A stretch of DNA of 64,000 nucleotides from Microbacterium sp. Its GTDB lineage: Bacteria > Actinomycetota > Actinomycetes > Actinomycetales > Microbacteriaceae. Of this stretch, positions 47,197 through 56,505 are shown piece after piece. The position numbers and the translations under genes are program-made. The notes below the pieces were generated by a model. The model was not told the origin of the DNA. It worked only from the letters and a program-made list of their open reading frames with translations, and ran no database searches. Location: contig JBMDWQ010000018.1 in NCBI GenBank assembly GCA_048594675.1, forward strand, positions 13,349-77,348, written 5' to 3'. Each line of letters starts with the position of its first letter. The stretch's first letter is position 1.

Positions 47197-50118
47197 GTGA
47201 CCACGACCTCAGCGCCGAACCAGGCCACGCCCAGTACCCTCCGCCGAGCGATCGGCATCACGCTCGCGGTGATCGCCGCGCTCGTGGTGGCCTTCTTCAC
47301 CTTCGCGAGCCTGTTCGCCGATTGGCTCTGGTACGAACAGCTCGGCTTCGACGGGGTGCTCGTCACGCAGTGGACCGCGCGGGTCGTCATGTTCCTCGTC
47401 GGATTCGCCGCGATGGCCGTTCCGGTGTTCGTCGCCATCCAGCTCGCTTACCGGCTGCGCCCGGTCTACGCGCGTCTGAGCTCGCAGCTCGACCACTACC
47501 AGGAGGTCGTGGAGCCGCTGCGTCGCCTCGCCATGTGGGGCATTCCCGTCTTCTTCGGCGCGTTCGCCGGCTTCGCCGCCTCCGCGCAGTGGGAGACCGC
47601 GTGGTTGTGGATGAACCGCGTTCCCACGGGCGACCTCGATCCCCAGTTCGGTCTGGACACGAGCTTCTATCTGTTCGAGCTCCCCTTCTATGGCTCTGTC
47701 GTCGGGTTCGCCTCCGCGGTGCTCCTGGTGTGCCTCGCCGTGACCGTGATCGTGGCGTACCTCTACGGTGCGATGCGGGTCGGCCAGCGCGAGCTGCGGA
47801 TCTCCAAGTCGGCCCGCATCCAGCTCGCCGTCATCGCCGGTCTCTATCTCGCCGTGCAGGCGGTCAGCCTGTGGCTCGACCGCTACAAGACGCTGCTGTC
47901 GGAGGGTGACCGCATCACCGGCGCCGGCTACACCGACGTGCACGCGATCATCCCTGGCCTCACGATCCTCGCCATCGTGGCGGCGATCGTTGCGGCCCTG
48001 TTCTTCGTCACCGCGGTGATCGGACGCTGGCGCTTCCCGCTCATCGCGACCGCGCTGCTGATCGTCTCATCCCTCGTCGTGGGTGTCGCCTATCCCTGGT
48101 TTGTCAACCAGTTCCAGGTGGTACCGAACCAGGAGCGGCTGGAGAGCACGTACTACCAGCGCAACATCGACGCCACCAAGAAGGCGTACGGCATCAATGA
48201 CCTGGAGAAGATCGACTACAACGCTGTGACGACCGCCGAGTCCGGGCAGTTGCGCGCCGATGCCGAGACCACGGCGTCGATCCGCATCATGGACCCGGCC
48301 ATCATCCCGCCCACGGTGCGTCAGCTCGAGCAGTACCGCTCGTACTACAAGTTCGCCGATCCGCTGGACGTCGACCGCTACGAGATCGACGGCAAGACGC
48401 AAGACGCGGTCGTCTCGGTGCGCGAGCTCGACCTGCCGCAGCTCGGTCAGGCGGCGTCCTGGTACAACACCACGCTCGTCTACACCCACGGGTACGGCAT
48501 GGTGGCGGCGAAGGGTAACGACCGGACGGCCGACGGCAACCCCGTCTTCATCGAGCGCGGCATCCCGACGTCGGGACAGCTGACCACCGAGGAGAAGTAC
48601 GAGCCCCGCGTGTACTTCGGCGAGTCGTCGCCGACCTACTCGATCGTCGGCGCGCCGGAAGGCACCGACGACATCGAGCTGGACTATCCTCGCGGCACCG
48701 AGGACGGCGCGGCACAGACCAAGACGACCTTCACGGGTGACGGCGGGCCGGACATCGGGAACATCTTCAACCGCCTCATCTACGCGCTGAAGTTCCAGTC
48801 GACCGACATCCTCTTCTCCGACGCGGTCAACGAGAAGTCGCAGATCCTCTACGACCGCGACCCGCTCACGCGCGTGCAGAAGGCGGCGCCGTACCTGGAG
48901 CTCGACAACGACCCGTATCCGAGTGTCGTGGACGGGCGCATCGTGTGGATCGTCGACGGCTACACGCTGAGCGCCAACTATCCGTACTCCTCTATCGTGA
49001 GCCTGCGACAGGCGATCAGCGACTCGACGACGAACGTATCCCGGCTTGCGCTGGACAACGTCAACTACATCCGCAACTCGGTCAAGGCCACCGTCGATGC
49101 CTACGACGGCTCGGTCACGCTGTACGCGTGGGACGAGACCGACCCGCTGCTGAAGGCGTGGCAGAAGGTCTACCCGAACACGCTGCGGCCGATCTCGGAC
49201 ATGTCGGCACAGCTCATGAGCCACGTGCGCTACCCGAGCGACCTGTTCAAGGTGCAGCGGGCTATGCTCGGCACGTATCACGTCGACGACGCGGCGTCGT
49301 TCTACGCTCGCGACAACGCGTGGAAGACCCCCAACGACCCGGTCTCCAAGAACGACGTCCTCCAGCCGCCGTACTACCTCACGATGCAGATGCCGGGCCA
49401 GGACGAGCCGACGTATTCGATGTTCAGCTCCTTCATCCCGGCCTCCGAAGGCACGGGGGCGCGCAACGTGCTCATGGGATACCTGGGCGTGGACGCCGAC
49501 GCCGGAAACCAGAAGGGCGTGCGCGGGGAGGGTTACGGCAAGCTCCGCATGCTCGAGATCAGCGCCGACCAACCGGTCCCCGGGCCCGGTCAGGTCCAGA
49601 GCCGCTTCAACTCCGACGAGGTCATCTCCTCGCAGATCAACGTGCTCAAGATCGGACAGTCCGAGGTCCTCAACGGCAACCTGCTGACCCTCCCCGTCGG
49701 TGGAGGATTCCTCTACGTGCAACCGGTGTTCGTCCAGCCGGCCAGCGGGACACAGCTGCCAGCGCTCCGGAAGATCCTCGTCGCGTTCGGTGACGAGCTG
49801 GCGTTCGAAGACACTCTGCAGGAGGCGCTCGACTCCCTCTTCCAGGGTGATTCAGGGGCCAGCACCGGCGACGGCGACGTGACTCCGACGCCCAACCCGA
49901 GCCCCTCGCCCGGAGCGACCGAGACGCCCGGTGGCGGCACCCCCGGTGGCACCGACACCAACGTGGCCTACCAGGCGGCGCTCAACGATGCACGACAGGC
50001 GATGCTCGACCGCGATGCGGCGCTCAAGGCGGGCGACCTCACGAAGTTCGCCGAGGCGGACGCCCGACTCACGAAGGCCGTCGAGACGCTCCTGGAGCTC
50101 AGCCCGAGCCAGGGCTGA
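47197..50118 (+). CDS. UPF0182 family membrane protein
   Basis: FADWLWYEQLGF, DPQFGLDTSFY, GAGYTD, YTHGYG, PRVYFGE, NYIRNSVKA; leaderless TAGGAT-N6-GTG. Confidence 0.93.
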   Translation: MTTTSAPNQATPSTLRRAIGITLAVIAALVVAFFTFASLFADWLWYEQLGFDGVLVTQWTARVVMFLVGFAAMAVPVFVAIQLAYRLRPVYARLSSQLDHYQEVVEPLRRLAMWGIPVFFGAFAGFAASAQWETAWLWMNRVPTGDLDPQFGLDTSFYLFELPFYGSVVGFASAVLLVCLAVTVIVAYLYGAMRVGQRELRISKSARIQLAVIAGLYLAVQAVSLWLDRYKTLLSEGDRITGAGYTDVHAIIPGLTILAIVAAIVAALFFVTAVIGRWRFPLIATALLIVSSLVVGVAYPWFVNQFQVVPNQERLESTYYQRNIDATKKAYGINDLEKIDYNAVTTAESGQLRADAETTASIRIMDPAIIPPTVRQLEQYRSYYKFADPLDVDRYEIDGKTQDAVVSVRELDLPQLGQAASWYNTTLVYTHGYGMVAAKGNDRTADGNPVFIERGIPTSGQLTTEEKYEPRVYFGESSPTYSIVGAPEGTDDIELDYPRGTEDGAAQTKTTFTGDGGPDIGNIFNRLIYALKFQSTDILFSDAVNEKSQILYDRDPLTRVQKAAPYLELDNDPYPSVVDGRIVWIVDGYTLSANYPYSSIVSLRQAISDSTTNVSRLALDNVNYIRNSVKATVDAYDGSVTLYAWDETDPLLKAWQKVYPNTLRPISDMSAQLMSHVRYPSDLFKVQRAMLGTYHVDDAASFYARDNAWKTPNDPVSKNDVLQPPYYLTMQMPGQDEPTYSMFSSFIPASEGTGARNVLMGYLGVDADAGNQKGVRGEGYGKLRMLEISADQPVPGPGQVQSRFNSDEVISSQINVLKIGQSEVLNGNLLTLPVGGGFLYVQPVFVQPASGTQLPALRKILVAFGDELAFEDTLQEALDSLFQGDSGASTGDGDVTPTPNPSPSPGATETPGGGTPGGTDTNVAYQAALNDARQAMLDRDAALKAGDLTKFAEADARLTKAVETLLELSPSQG

Positions 50119-50147
50119 TCGCGTGGTTCGTGTCGGCCGGCCCGCGG

Positions 50148-51017
50148 TCAGGCCGACACGAACCACCACCAGATCGCCAGGAGCGTCGTGCCGAAGCCGG
50201 CGATCTGGTTGAGCCACAGGAAGCGGTTCCATCCCGCTGTCGCCTGCGTGCAGTCCTCGTCGCGCAGACTCCGCGACGGCCACGCGTTCACGATGTAGGG
50301 AACGACGAGCACGGCCGCCAAGGGTCCGGGCCACGCCGTGGCGAGAAGGGCGACTCCGGCCAGCACATAGGCAGCCAGCGCGATCCGGACCGTGGTGCGG
50401 GCGCCCAGGACGGTCGCGATGGAGGCGATCCCGGCCTCCCGGTCGGCGAGGATGTCCTGCACGGCCCCGAAGGCATGCGAGGCGATGCCCCAGAGCGCGA
50501 AGGCGATGAGGACGAGCACGAGGCCGCCCGTCCACGTCGCGTTCGCGAGGACGAGCCCGAAGACGGCCGGGGAGAAGAAGTGGATGCTGCTGGTCACAGA
50601 ATCGGCGAACGGGCGCTCCTTCAGACGCAGCGGCGGCGCGGAGTAGAAGACGACGAAGAACAGGCTCAGCGCAAGGACGAGCGTCGACAGCGGCGATCCC
50701 CAGAGGACGAGCAGCACCACGAACGGCGCGAGGCTCACGGCGGAAGCCCAGAGGGTGATGCGGTGGAAGCGTCGGTCGAGGACCGAGCCGTGGGTCCCGC
50801 CCTTACGCGGATTGCGCAGGTCTGACTCGTAGTCGAAGACATCGTTGATCCCGTACATCGCGAGGTTGTAGGGGATGAGGAAGAAGAGCGTACCGACCAC
50901 GAACGGCGGGTCGATCTGTCGAGCGGTGAGGAGGTAGGCCAGAGCGAACGGGTAGGCGGTGTTGATCCAGCTCACCGGACGGGAGGCGACGAACAGCTGC
51001 ACGAGGATCTGCGTCAT
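50148..51017 (-). CDS. crtEb: Lycopene elongase (UbiA-family prenyltransferase)
   Basis: SRPVSWINTAYPF, YGINDVFDYESDLRNPRKGG, YSAPPLRLKERP, GAVQDI. Confidence 0.9.
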   Translation of the reverse strand: MTQILVQLFVASRPVSWINTAYPFALAYLLTARQIDPPFVVGTLFFLIPYNLAMYGINDVFDYESDLRNPRKGGTHGSVLDRRFHRITLWASAVSLAPFVVLLVLWGSPLSTLVLALSLFFVVFYSAPPLRLKERPFADSVTSSIHFFSPAVFGLVLANATWTGGLVLVLIAFALWGIASHAFGAVQDILADREAGIASIATVLGARTTVRIALAAYVLAGVALLATAWPGPLAAVLVVPYIVNAWPSRSLRDEDCTQATAGWNRFLWLNQIAGFGTTLLAIWWWFVSA

Positions 51018-51319
51018 TCGGGTCGTCTTTCGGGAAGGAGGGCGAACACGGCGGGGACGAGGAAGGCGGCACAGATCGGGTAGGCGAAGTCCTCGATGGG
51101 TGCCAGTCCGATGCGGACACCGCTGATGAGCTCCTCCGGGTAGGTGAACAGCCCCGCGGCGATCATCAGGTTGTCGAAGACGGCCGTCAAGACGACGAGC
51201 ACCGCCGCCGCGATCCCGGAGGCAAGGAGGCGCTGCCGAGCGCCCGGTCTGCGCCACGACCAGGCGGTGACGGCGAGGGTCACGATCAGGAACGGCACGA
51301 CGATGACGGGGTAGCTCAC
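51014..51319 (-). CDS. crtYf: C50 carotenoid cyclase subunit
   Basis: FDNLMI...IGLAPIEDFAY lycopene-cyclase domain; position in operon. Confidence 0.85.
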   Translation of the reverse strand: MSYPVIVVPFLIVTLAVTAWSWRRPGARQRLLASGIAAAVLVVLTAVFDNLMIAAGLFTYPEELISGVRIGLAPIEDFAYPICAAFLVPAVFALLPERRPE

Positions 51320-51687
51320 GACGGGCTCCTGTCATCGGTGTGCGGCGGGGGCGGGATGGTCAGGTCGATGTGTCGGCGACGACGGATGCGTCGGAGAGCT
51401 GCCTGCCAGACGACGAGGCCGAGGTAGCAGAGGAACGCGAGGAAGACGGGCTCTTCGACGGGCAGGTGCGGGGCGAGGTCCCAGCCGAGGAGGAGGGGGC
51501 TGGAGCCCTTGACGAACACGCCCGAGGCGATCCCGACGGCGTCCCACGCGAGGAAGAACGCGGTTCCCCCTGCGACGGTGATCGCCGTTCGCGCACGGGC
51601 AGGGGGGAAGGCGAGGCGAAAGCGGACGTCGAGCGCCGCCACGCCCGCGACGGAGAGCAGGAGGAAGACGAGGTAGAGCCCGGGCAT
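51316..51687 (-). CDS. crtYe: C50 carotenoid cyclase subunit
   Basis: LDVRFRLAF...WDAVGI...PHLPVEEPVFL; position in operon. Confidence 0.85.
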   Translation of the reverse strand: MPGLYLVFLLLSVAGVAALDVRFRLAFPPARARTAITVAGGTAFFLAWDAVGIASGVFVKGSSPLLLGWDLAPHLPVEEPVFLAFLCYLGLVVWQAALRRIRRRRHIDLTIPPPPHTDDRSPS

Positions 51688-51688
51688 C

Positions 51689-53251
51689 TCAGCGCCGAGG
51701 TGTCAGCGGGGCGGGGATGCGGCCCGCGCCACGTTCCCCGCGCACGCGCTTCAGGACGAGCTCGGCCGAGATGAGACACATCGGGAGTCCGATGCCCGGG
51801 AGCACTGAGCACCCGGCGTAGAGGAGGTTCTTCACCTTCTTCGAGGCGTTGCGGGGTCGGAAGACCGCGCTCTGACCGAGGGTGTGGGCAAGGCCCAGAG
51901 AGCTCCCACGCCAGATGCCCAGATCGGCTTCGAAGTCGGCGGGCATGATGGTCCGTCGCACCCGGATGCGCTCGGCGAGGTCGGGTGTCGCCGTCCACGC
52001 GGCGATCTGGGCGATCACGCGGTCGGCCAGCTCCTCGACGCGTGCGTCGCCCGATCGATCCTCTCCGCCTCGACCCAGGGAGGGGTCGGCGGGGATCGGC
52101 ACCAGGACGAAGAGGTTCTCGGCGCCCGGGGGTGCGACGGTGGGGTCTGTCGCGGACGGGCGGCAGATGTAGAGCGACGCCGGATCGGGAACGCGGGTCT
52201 TCTTCCCGAAGATCGCGCCGAAGTTCTCGTGCCAGTCCTCGGCGAACAGGAGCGTGTGGTGCGGGAGCTGGGGGAGTTCTCCGTCGACCCCGAGGAGGAG
52301 CAGCAGCGCGCCGGGACTCGGTGTTCGCCGCCGCCACCAGCGTTCCGGGTAGGAACGCAGCGCAGGCGGCAGGAGCCGGGTCTCGGTGTGGTGGAGATCG
52401 GCGCCCGACACCACGAGGTCGGCCGCAGAGACCGTGCCGTCCGCGAGTCGGACGCCGGTGGCCCGGCCCTCCTCGACGAGGATCTCCTGGACGGCGCTGG
52501 AGGTTCGCACCTCCACCCCTCGTTCCCGCGCGATTCTCTCGATCGCTTGGATGAGCTCGGTGAAGCCTCCCTGCGGGTACAGGACGCCGTCGTCGAGGTC
52601 GAGGTGACTCATGAGGTGGTAGAGACTCGGGGCGCGGTAGGGTGACGCGCCCAGGAAGACCGCGGGGTAGCCCAAGATTTGACGAAGCAGCGGATCGCGG
52701 AACGATCGAGCCGCGTGCCGGGCCAAGGGGCGCAGAAGGAGCGGGAGGAGCTCGGGGAGGCGACGCAGCACACGGCGGTCTCGAAGCCCTTCCGTGGTCT
52801 CGTAGGTGTCGTAGAGGAAGCGTGACACGGCGAGGTCGTAGGCGTCGGCGGCGGAGTCCAGGTAGGCGTCCACTCTGGCGCCGGCACCCGGCTCCCGCGA
52901 CTCGAAGAGCGCGCGTGCATGGTCTCTGCCCGAGACGACGTCGACGGGCTCCGCGGGCCCCGCGGCTGTCGGCTGGCCGTACACGCGGTAGGCGGGATCG
53001 AGGCGGACGAGGTCGAGTTGCTCCTGGACGGTGGTCCCGAGGAGGGCGAAGAAGTGCTCGAAGACCTCGGGCATGAGGTACCAACTCGGCCCGGTATCGA
53101 AGCGGAACCCGTCGCGCTCCCACGATCCTGCGCGTCCACCGACCTCGTCTCGCGCCTCGAACACGGTCACCGTCGCGCCGTCCTGAGCGAGCAGCGCGGC
53201 GGTGGCGAGCCCGGCGATGCCGCCGCCGATCACCGCGACCGTGTCGTTCAT
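51689..53251 (-). CDS. crtI: Phytoene desaturase
   Basis: VIGGGIAGLA FAD motif, GFRFDTGPSWYLMP, PGIGLPMCLISAE. Confidence 0.95.
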   Translation of the reverse strand: MNDTVAVIGGGIAGLATAALLAQDGATVTVFEARDEVGGRAGSWERDGFRFDTGPSWYLMPEVFEHFFALLGTTVQEQLDLVRLDPAYRVYGQPTAAGPAEPVDVVSGRDHARALFESREPGAGARVDAYLDSAADAYDLAVSRFLYDTYETTEGLRDRRVLRRLPELLPLLLRPLARHAARSFRDPLLRQILGYPAVFLGASPYRAPSLYHLMSHLDLDDGVLYPQGGFTELIQAIERIARERGVEVRTSSAVQEILVEEGRATGVRLADGTVSAADLVVSGADLHHTETRLLPPALRSYPERWWRRRTPSPGALLLLLGVDGELPQLPHHTLLFAEDWHENFGAIFGKKTRVPDPASLYICRPSATDPTVAPPGAENLFVLVPIPADPSLGRGGEDRSGDARVEELADRVIAQIAAWTATPDLAERIRVRRTIMPADFEADLGIWRGSSLGLAHTLGQSAVFRPRNASKKVKNLLYAGCSVLPGIGLPMCLISAELVLKRVRGERGAGRIPAPLTPRR

Positions 53252-54099
53252 GATGTGCTCCGAGGGGAGAGGCGAATGAGAGATCGTGCCGCGATCAGCG
53301 CCTTGACGCGCCCGGGGACGCTCACGCGAGTGTCGGGGTCGGCGGTCTGCAGTCGCTCAGTGAGCTCGGCGAACAGGCCGTGCGCCACAGTGACCGCCCG
53401 GCGACAGTCGCGGGGGAGACGGGGGATCACCGCTGCGGCGGCATCCAGGTCACCGCGAATGCGCTCGAGGACGTCTTCTCGGGTGTTCTCGCCCGTAGAC
53501 AGTCCCAGGTAGTCGCGGCCGAGGCGCTCCGCGTCGTCGGAGCGGTCGCGGAGGAAGTTGATGTCCTGGAACGCCGCCCCGAGTCGGCGGGCGCCGTCCA
53601 CCAGCTCTGGAGCGGGTGCGGTCGGATGCCGGGAGCCGGCGTTCACGAAGATCTGCAGGCACATGAGACCGATGACTTCCGCCGATCCGTAGACGTACGC
53701 ATCGTGGGAGGCCCCGTCGTGGAGCGAGGTGTCGAGATCGGTGCGCATCGATGCGAAGAACGGGACGATGAGGTCCTCGCCGATCCCGCACGCCCGTGCC
53801 GTGAGCGCGAAGGCATGCACGACGAGGTTCGTGCTGAACCCGTCCGCGACGGCGTGCAGGGTCTCCGCCTCCAGGGCGTCGAGCATCGCGCGTTGCTGTT
53901 CGACAGTGACCCCGGCCGCATCCGCCGTTCCGTCGACGACCTCATCGGCGATGCGGACGAGGGCGTAGACGCAGCGCACGTCCTGCCGGGCGCGCGTGCC
54001 CAGCAGGCGGCAGGCCAGAGCGAAGGAGGTCGAATAGGCGCCGATCACGACCGAAGCGGCCTCCCGTGCGCAGCGGTCGTAGAGGGTGGCGGCGCTCAC
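53248..54099 (-). CDS. crtB: Phytoene synthase
   Basis: YSTSF, RIADEVVD, YVYGSAEVIGLMC, AFQDINFLRD. Confidence 0.93.
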   Translation of the reverse strand: MSAATLYDRCAREAASVVIGAYSTSFALACRLLGTRARQDVRCVYALVRIADEVVDGTADAAGVTVEQQRAMLDALEAETLHAVADGFSTNLVVHAFALTARACGIGEDLIVPFFASMRTDLDTSLHDGASHDAYVYGSAEVIGLMCLQIFVNAGSRHPTAPAPELVDGARRLGAAFQDINFLRDRSDDAERLGRDYLGLSTGENTREDVLERIRGDLDAAAAVIPRLPRDCRRAVTVAHGLFAELTERLQTADPDTRVSVPGRVKALIAARSLIRLSPRSTS

Positions 54100-55151
54100 G
54101 GGATCCGCGCTTCGATGGCGACGGCAAGGCGTTCGAGCAGATCGACCGCGGGTGCGGGAAGTGCCGGCGAACTCGCATGCAGCCTTGCCCGGGCGAGGCT
54201 CTCCGACACCATGCGTTCCAGTTCGCCGCGTGCGCCGCTGGCCTCGATCGCCCGCTGCGCCCGTCTGACGGCGATCGGTCCGGTGTGGGCGACGGCCAGG
54301 GCCGAACTGACCCGCGGCCACTGGGGCGTCTCCCGGGCGAGCGCGATCAGAGGCGTGCGCTTGGACTCGCGGAGATCCGCGCCGGGCTCGCGCCCCGCCT
54401 GACGCCGGGTCCCGAACGTGCCGATGAGGTCGTCGACGAGCTGGAAGGCCAGGCCGAGCTCGGCGGCCGCCTCTGCGAGCGGCGCGTGGGAGGGGGCGCC
54501 GGCGAGAATCGCTCCCGCGCGCAGCGGAGCACGGAACGAGTAGACCGCGGTCTTGTCGTGCGCAGCCGCGAGGAGGGCGTCGGCATCGGGATACTCCGCA
54601 CGCGACGCGTGCTCCGCATCGGCGAGCTCACCCACCGCGGAGACGAGCACCGCCTCCTCCAGTACATCCGTGAGCGCCGCACGGGTGGCCTCGTCGACGG
54701 AAGCGGCGGCGATGATCCTCGCGGCCTCGAACAGCAGCAGGTCGCCGGCGAGCACCGACGCGGCGTCGGCGACGACCTGCGCTCCCCGCTCGTCAGCGCC
54801 CTCGGACAGGGCGCGGGCGCGAAATCTCCCTGCCACGTTCGGCATGCCTCGGCGTTCGACGTCGCGATCGATGAGGTCGTCGTGGACGAGGAACGCCGTG
54901 TGCAGGATCTCGAAAGCCGCGGCGACCTGCCACAGCGACGGAACGTCCGACTCGCGCCCGCCGAAGGCCGTGAAGGCCGCCACGACCAGGGCAGGGCGAA
55001 ACCGCTTGCCATCGGCCGTCGCGGCGGCCAACGCCTCGCCCAGAGCGCGAGCACCCTCGCCGAGGGTGGAGGTTCGGGCGCGGAGCCTGTGGACGGACTG
55101 GTCGATCGCGGAATCGATCGCAGATCGTTGGTCGGAGGTGAGATCGATCAC
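54096..55151 (-). CDS. crtE: Geranylgeranyl diphosphate synthase
   Basis: GKRFRP, FARM HDDLIDRD..RRG, KTAVYS, SARM FQLVDD. Confidence 0.92.
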   Translation of the reverse strand: MIDLTSDQRSAIDSAIDQSVHRLRARTSTLGEGARALGEALAAATADGKRFRPALVVAAFTAFGGRESDVPSLWQVAAAFEILHTAFLVHDDLIDRDVERRGMPNVAGRFRARALSEGADERGAQVVADAASVLAGDLLLFEAARIIAAASVDEATRAALTDVLEEAVLVSAVGELADAEHASRAEYPDADALLAAAHDKTAVYSFRAPLRAGAILAGAPSHAPLAEAAAELGLAFQLVDDLIGTFGTRRQAGREPGADLRESKRTPLIALARETPQWPRVSSALAVAHTGPIAVRRAQRAIEASGARGELERMVSESLARARLHASSPALPAPAVDLLERLAVAIEARIP

Positions 55152-55699
55152 GAAGCCCTCTTGCGGGCGTCGCCGTCCTCGAACAGTCCCAGCTGCTCGG
55201 CTTGCAGCACGAGCCACGGGCTGAAGGCCCAGGGTGTCGCTGCGATCCCCGCGCCCAGTTCTTCCGGCGCCACCCAGCGCGCCTCCGCGACCTCGCGCGG
55301 GTTGAGGTCGGGCTCGTCGTCGGTGACGGCGAGGTAGACCGGGCACACCTCGTGCTCGACCACACCACTCGCGTCCACGGCGCGGTAACGGAAGAGGGGG
55401 AGGGCCAGCCGAACGTCGCGCAGTACGATCCCCAGCTCATGCTCCGCGCGACGGTGAACGGCGGCGATCACGGGTTCTGCGGGGCGTGGATGGCCGCAGA
55501 ACGAGTTGCTCCACACCCCCGGCCACGTACCCTTGTCGAGTGCTCTGCGTGTGACGAGTGTCTCTCCGCGGCGGTTGTACACGTGGCACGAGAAGGCGAG
55601 ATGGAGCGCGGTGTCGGTGCCGTGCACACTCGACTTCGGAGCGGTACCGATCTCTTGGCCGTCGTCATCGAGGAGCACGACGAGATCGGTCACAGTCAT
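55148..55699 (-). CDS. idi: Isopentenyl-diphosphate isomerase, type 1
   Basis: LHLAFSC, WPGVWSNSFCGHP, EHEVCPV; RBS AAGGAG. Confidence 0.95.
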   Translation of the reverse strand: MTVTDLVVLLDDDGQEIGTAPKSSVHGTDTALHLAFSCHVYNRRGETLVTRRALDKGTWPGVWSNSFCGHPRPAEPVIAAVHRRAEHELGIVLRDVRLALPLFRYRAVDASGVVEHEVCPVYLAVTDDEPDLNPREVAEARWVAPEELGAGIAATPWAFSPWLVLQAEQLGLFEDGDARKRAS

Positions 55700-55713
55700 G
55701 TCATCTCCTTATT

Positions 55714-55745
55714 GCTAGTTTAACTAGCGATTTTCAGCGATACTA
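55714..55745. promoter_or_regulatory. Candidate CrtR operator and crt operon -10 box
   Basis: Perfect inverted repeat GCTAGTT-T-AACTAGC (55714-55728); minus-strand TAGTAT at 55740-55745. Confidence 0.68.
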
Positions 55746-55769
55746 CATAAGTGACGAGAGGGTGTCCAC

Positions 55770-56267
55770 ATGGTTGACCAGCGCTGGGTTCCCCAGAGCC
55801 CCCGTGAGGAACTGGTCCTCGATGTGATGCGCTCCCTGCGTGCCTTCTCCGACGCGATGGATCACATGCACGGAGGCATCCGCGGGGAGATGGATATGAA
55901 TGCCAGCGACTTGGCGGCCCTGCGCATGCTCATCGTGCGCGAAGGCCGAGGAGAGCTCGTCTCGCCCCACGACATCGCCCGGCACCTCGCGATCTCGACG
56001 GCCTCGACGACCAAGCTGCTGGATCGGTTGACCGCCAGCGGTCACCTCGAGCGGCAGCCGCATCCGCACGACGGCCGTTCCCGCGTCGTGGTCCTGTCCG
56101 AGGGTGCGCGAGTGGACTTCTACCGCCACTTCGGTGAGCGCATGAGGCGGATGCGCGAAGCGATGGTGAGCTACACCGACGACGAACTTCGGGCGATCGC
56201 GCGGTTCCTCGGCGACATGGAACTCGTGGTGGGCGACTCGTCCTCGCGGGATCGCGCAGAGGCCTGA
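55770..56267 (+). CDS. crtR: MarR-family regulator divergent from the crt operon (CrtR-like)
   Basis: MNASDLAALRML, IARHLAISTASTTKLLDRL...HPHDGRS winged helix; arrangement as in C. glutamicum. Confidence 0.82.
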   Translation: MVDQRWVPQSPREELVLDVMRSLRAFSDAMDHMHGGIRGEMDMNASDLAALRMLIVREGRGELVSPHDIARHLAISTASTTKLLDRLTASGHLERQPHPHDGRSRVVVLSEGARVDFYRHFGERMRRMREAMVSYTDDELRAIARFLGDMELVVGDSSSRDRAEA

Positions 56268-56302
56268 CGCGACGAGGCGTGACCGCCGCGCGCCGGGAAC
56301 GC

Positions 56303-56334
56303 GAAGAAGGCGCCCCATGAGGGACGCCTTCTTC
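56303..56334. terminator. Bidirectional terminator between crtR and the tRNA
   Basis: gaagaaggcg-c-ccc-atga-ggg-a-cgccttcttc followed by tctttgttg on +; the mismatch is a G-U pair on the - strand. Confidence 0.75.
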
Positions 56335-56340
56335 TCTTTG

Positions 56341-56414
56341 TTGCGGGGACAGGATTTGAACCTGCGACCTCTGGGTTATGAGCCCAGCGAGCTACCGAGC
56401 TGCTCCACCCCGCG
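56341..56414 (-). tRNA. Initiator tRNA-fMet (CAU)
   Basis: CGCGGGGUGGAGCAGCUCGGUAGCUCGCUGGGCUCAUAACCCAGAGGUCGCAGGUUCAAAUCCUGUCCCCGCAA; C1:A72 mismatch, three G-C pairs in the anticodon stem; CCA not encoded; -10 TAGGCT at 56427-56432. Confidence 0.97.
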
Positions 56415-56505
56415 GCACAAGAAGATAGCCTAGCACGCTCTGAGGCAGGGGGCGAATCGGCGCGGATTCTTGCCTCGGCGAGAGGCGGAGCAGGAAGATG
56501 AAGGC

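Noticed and set aside
50119-50147. attL/attR duplication of the tRNA 3-prime end bounding the crt block
   Set aside because: No copy of the tRNA end is present and there is no integrase in the window.
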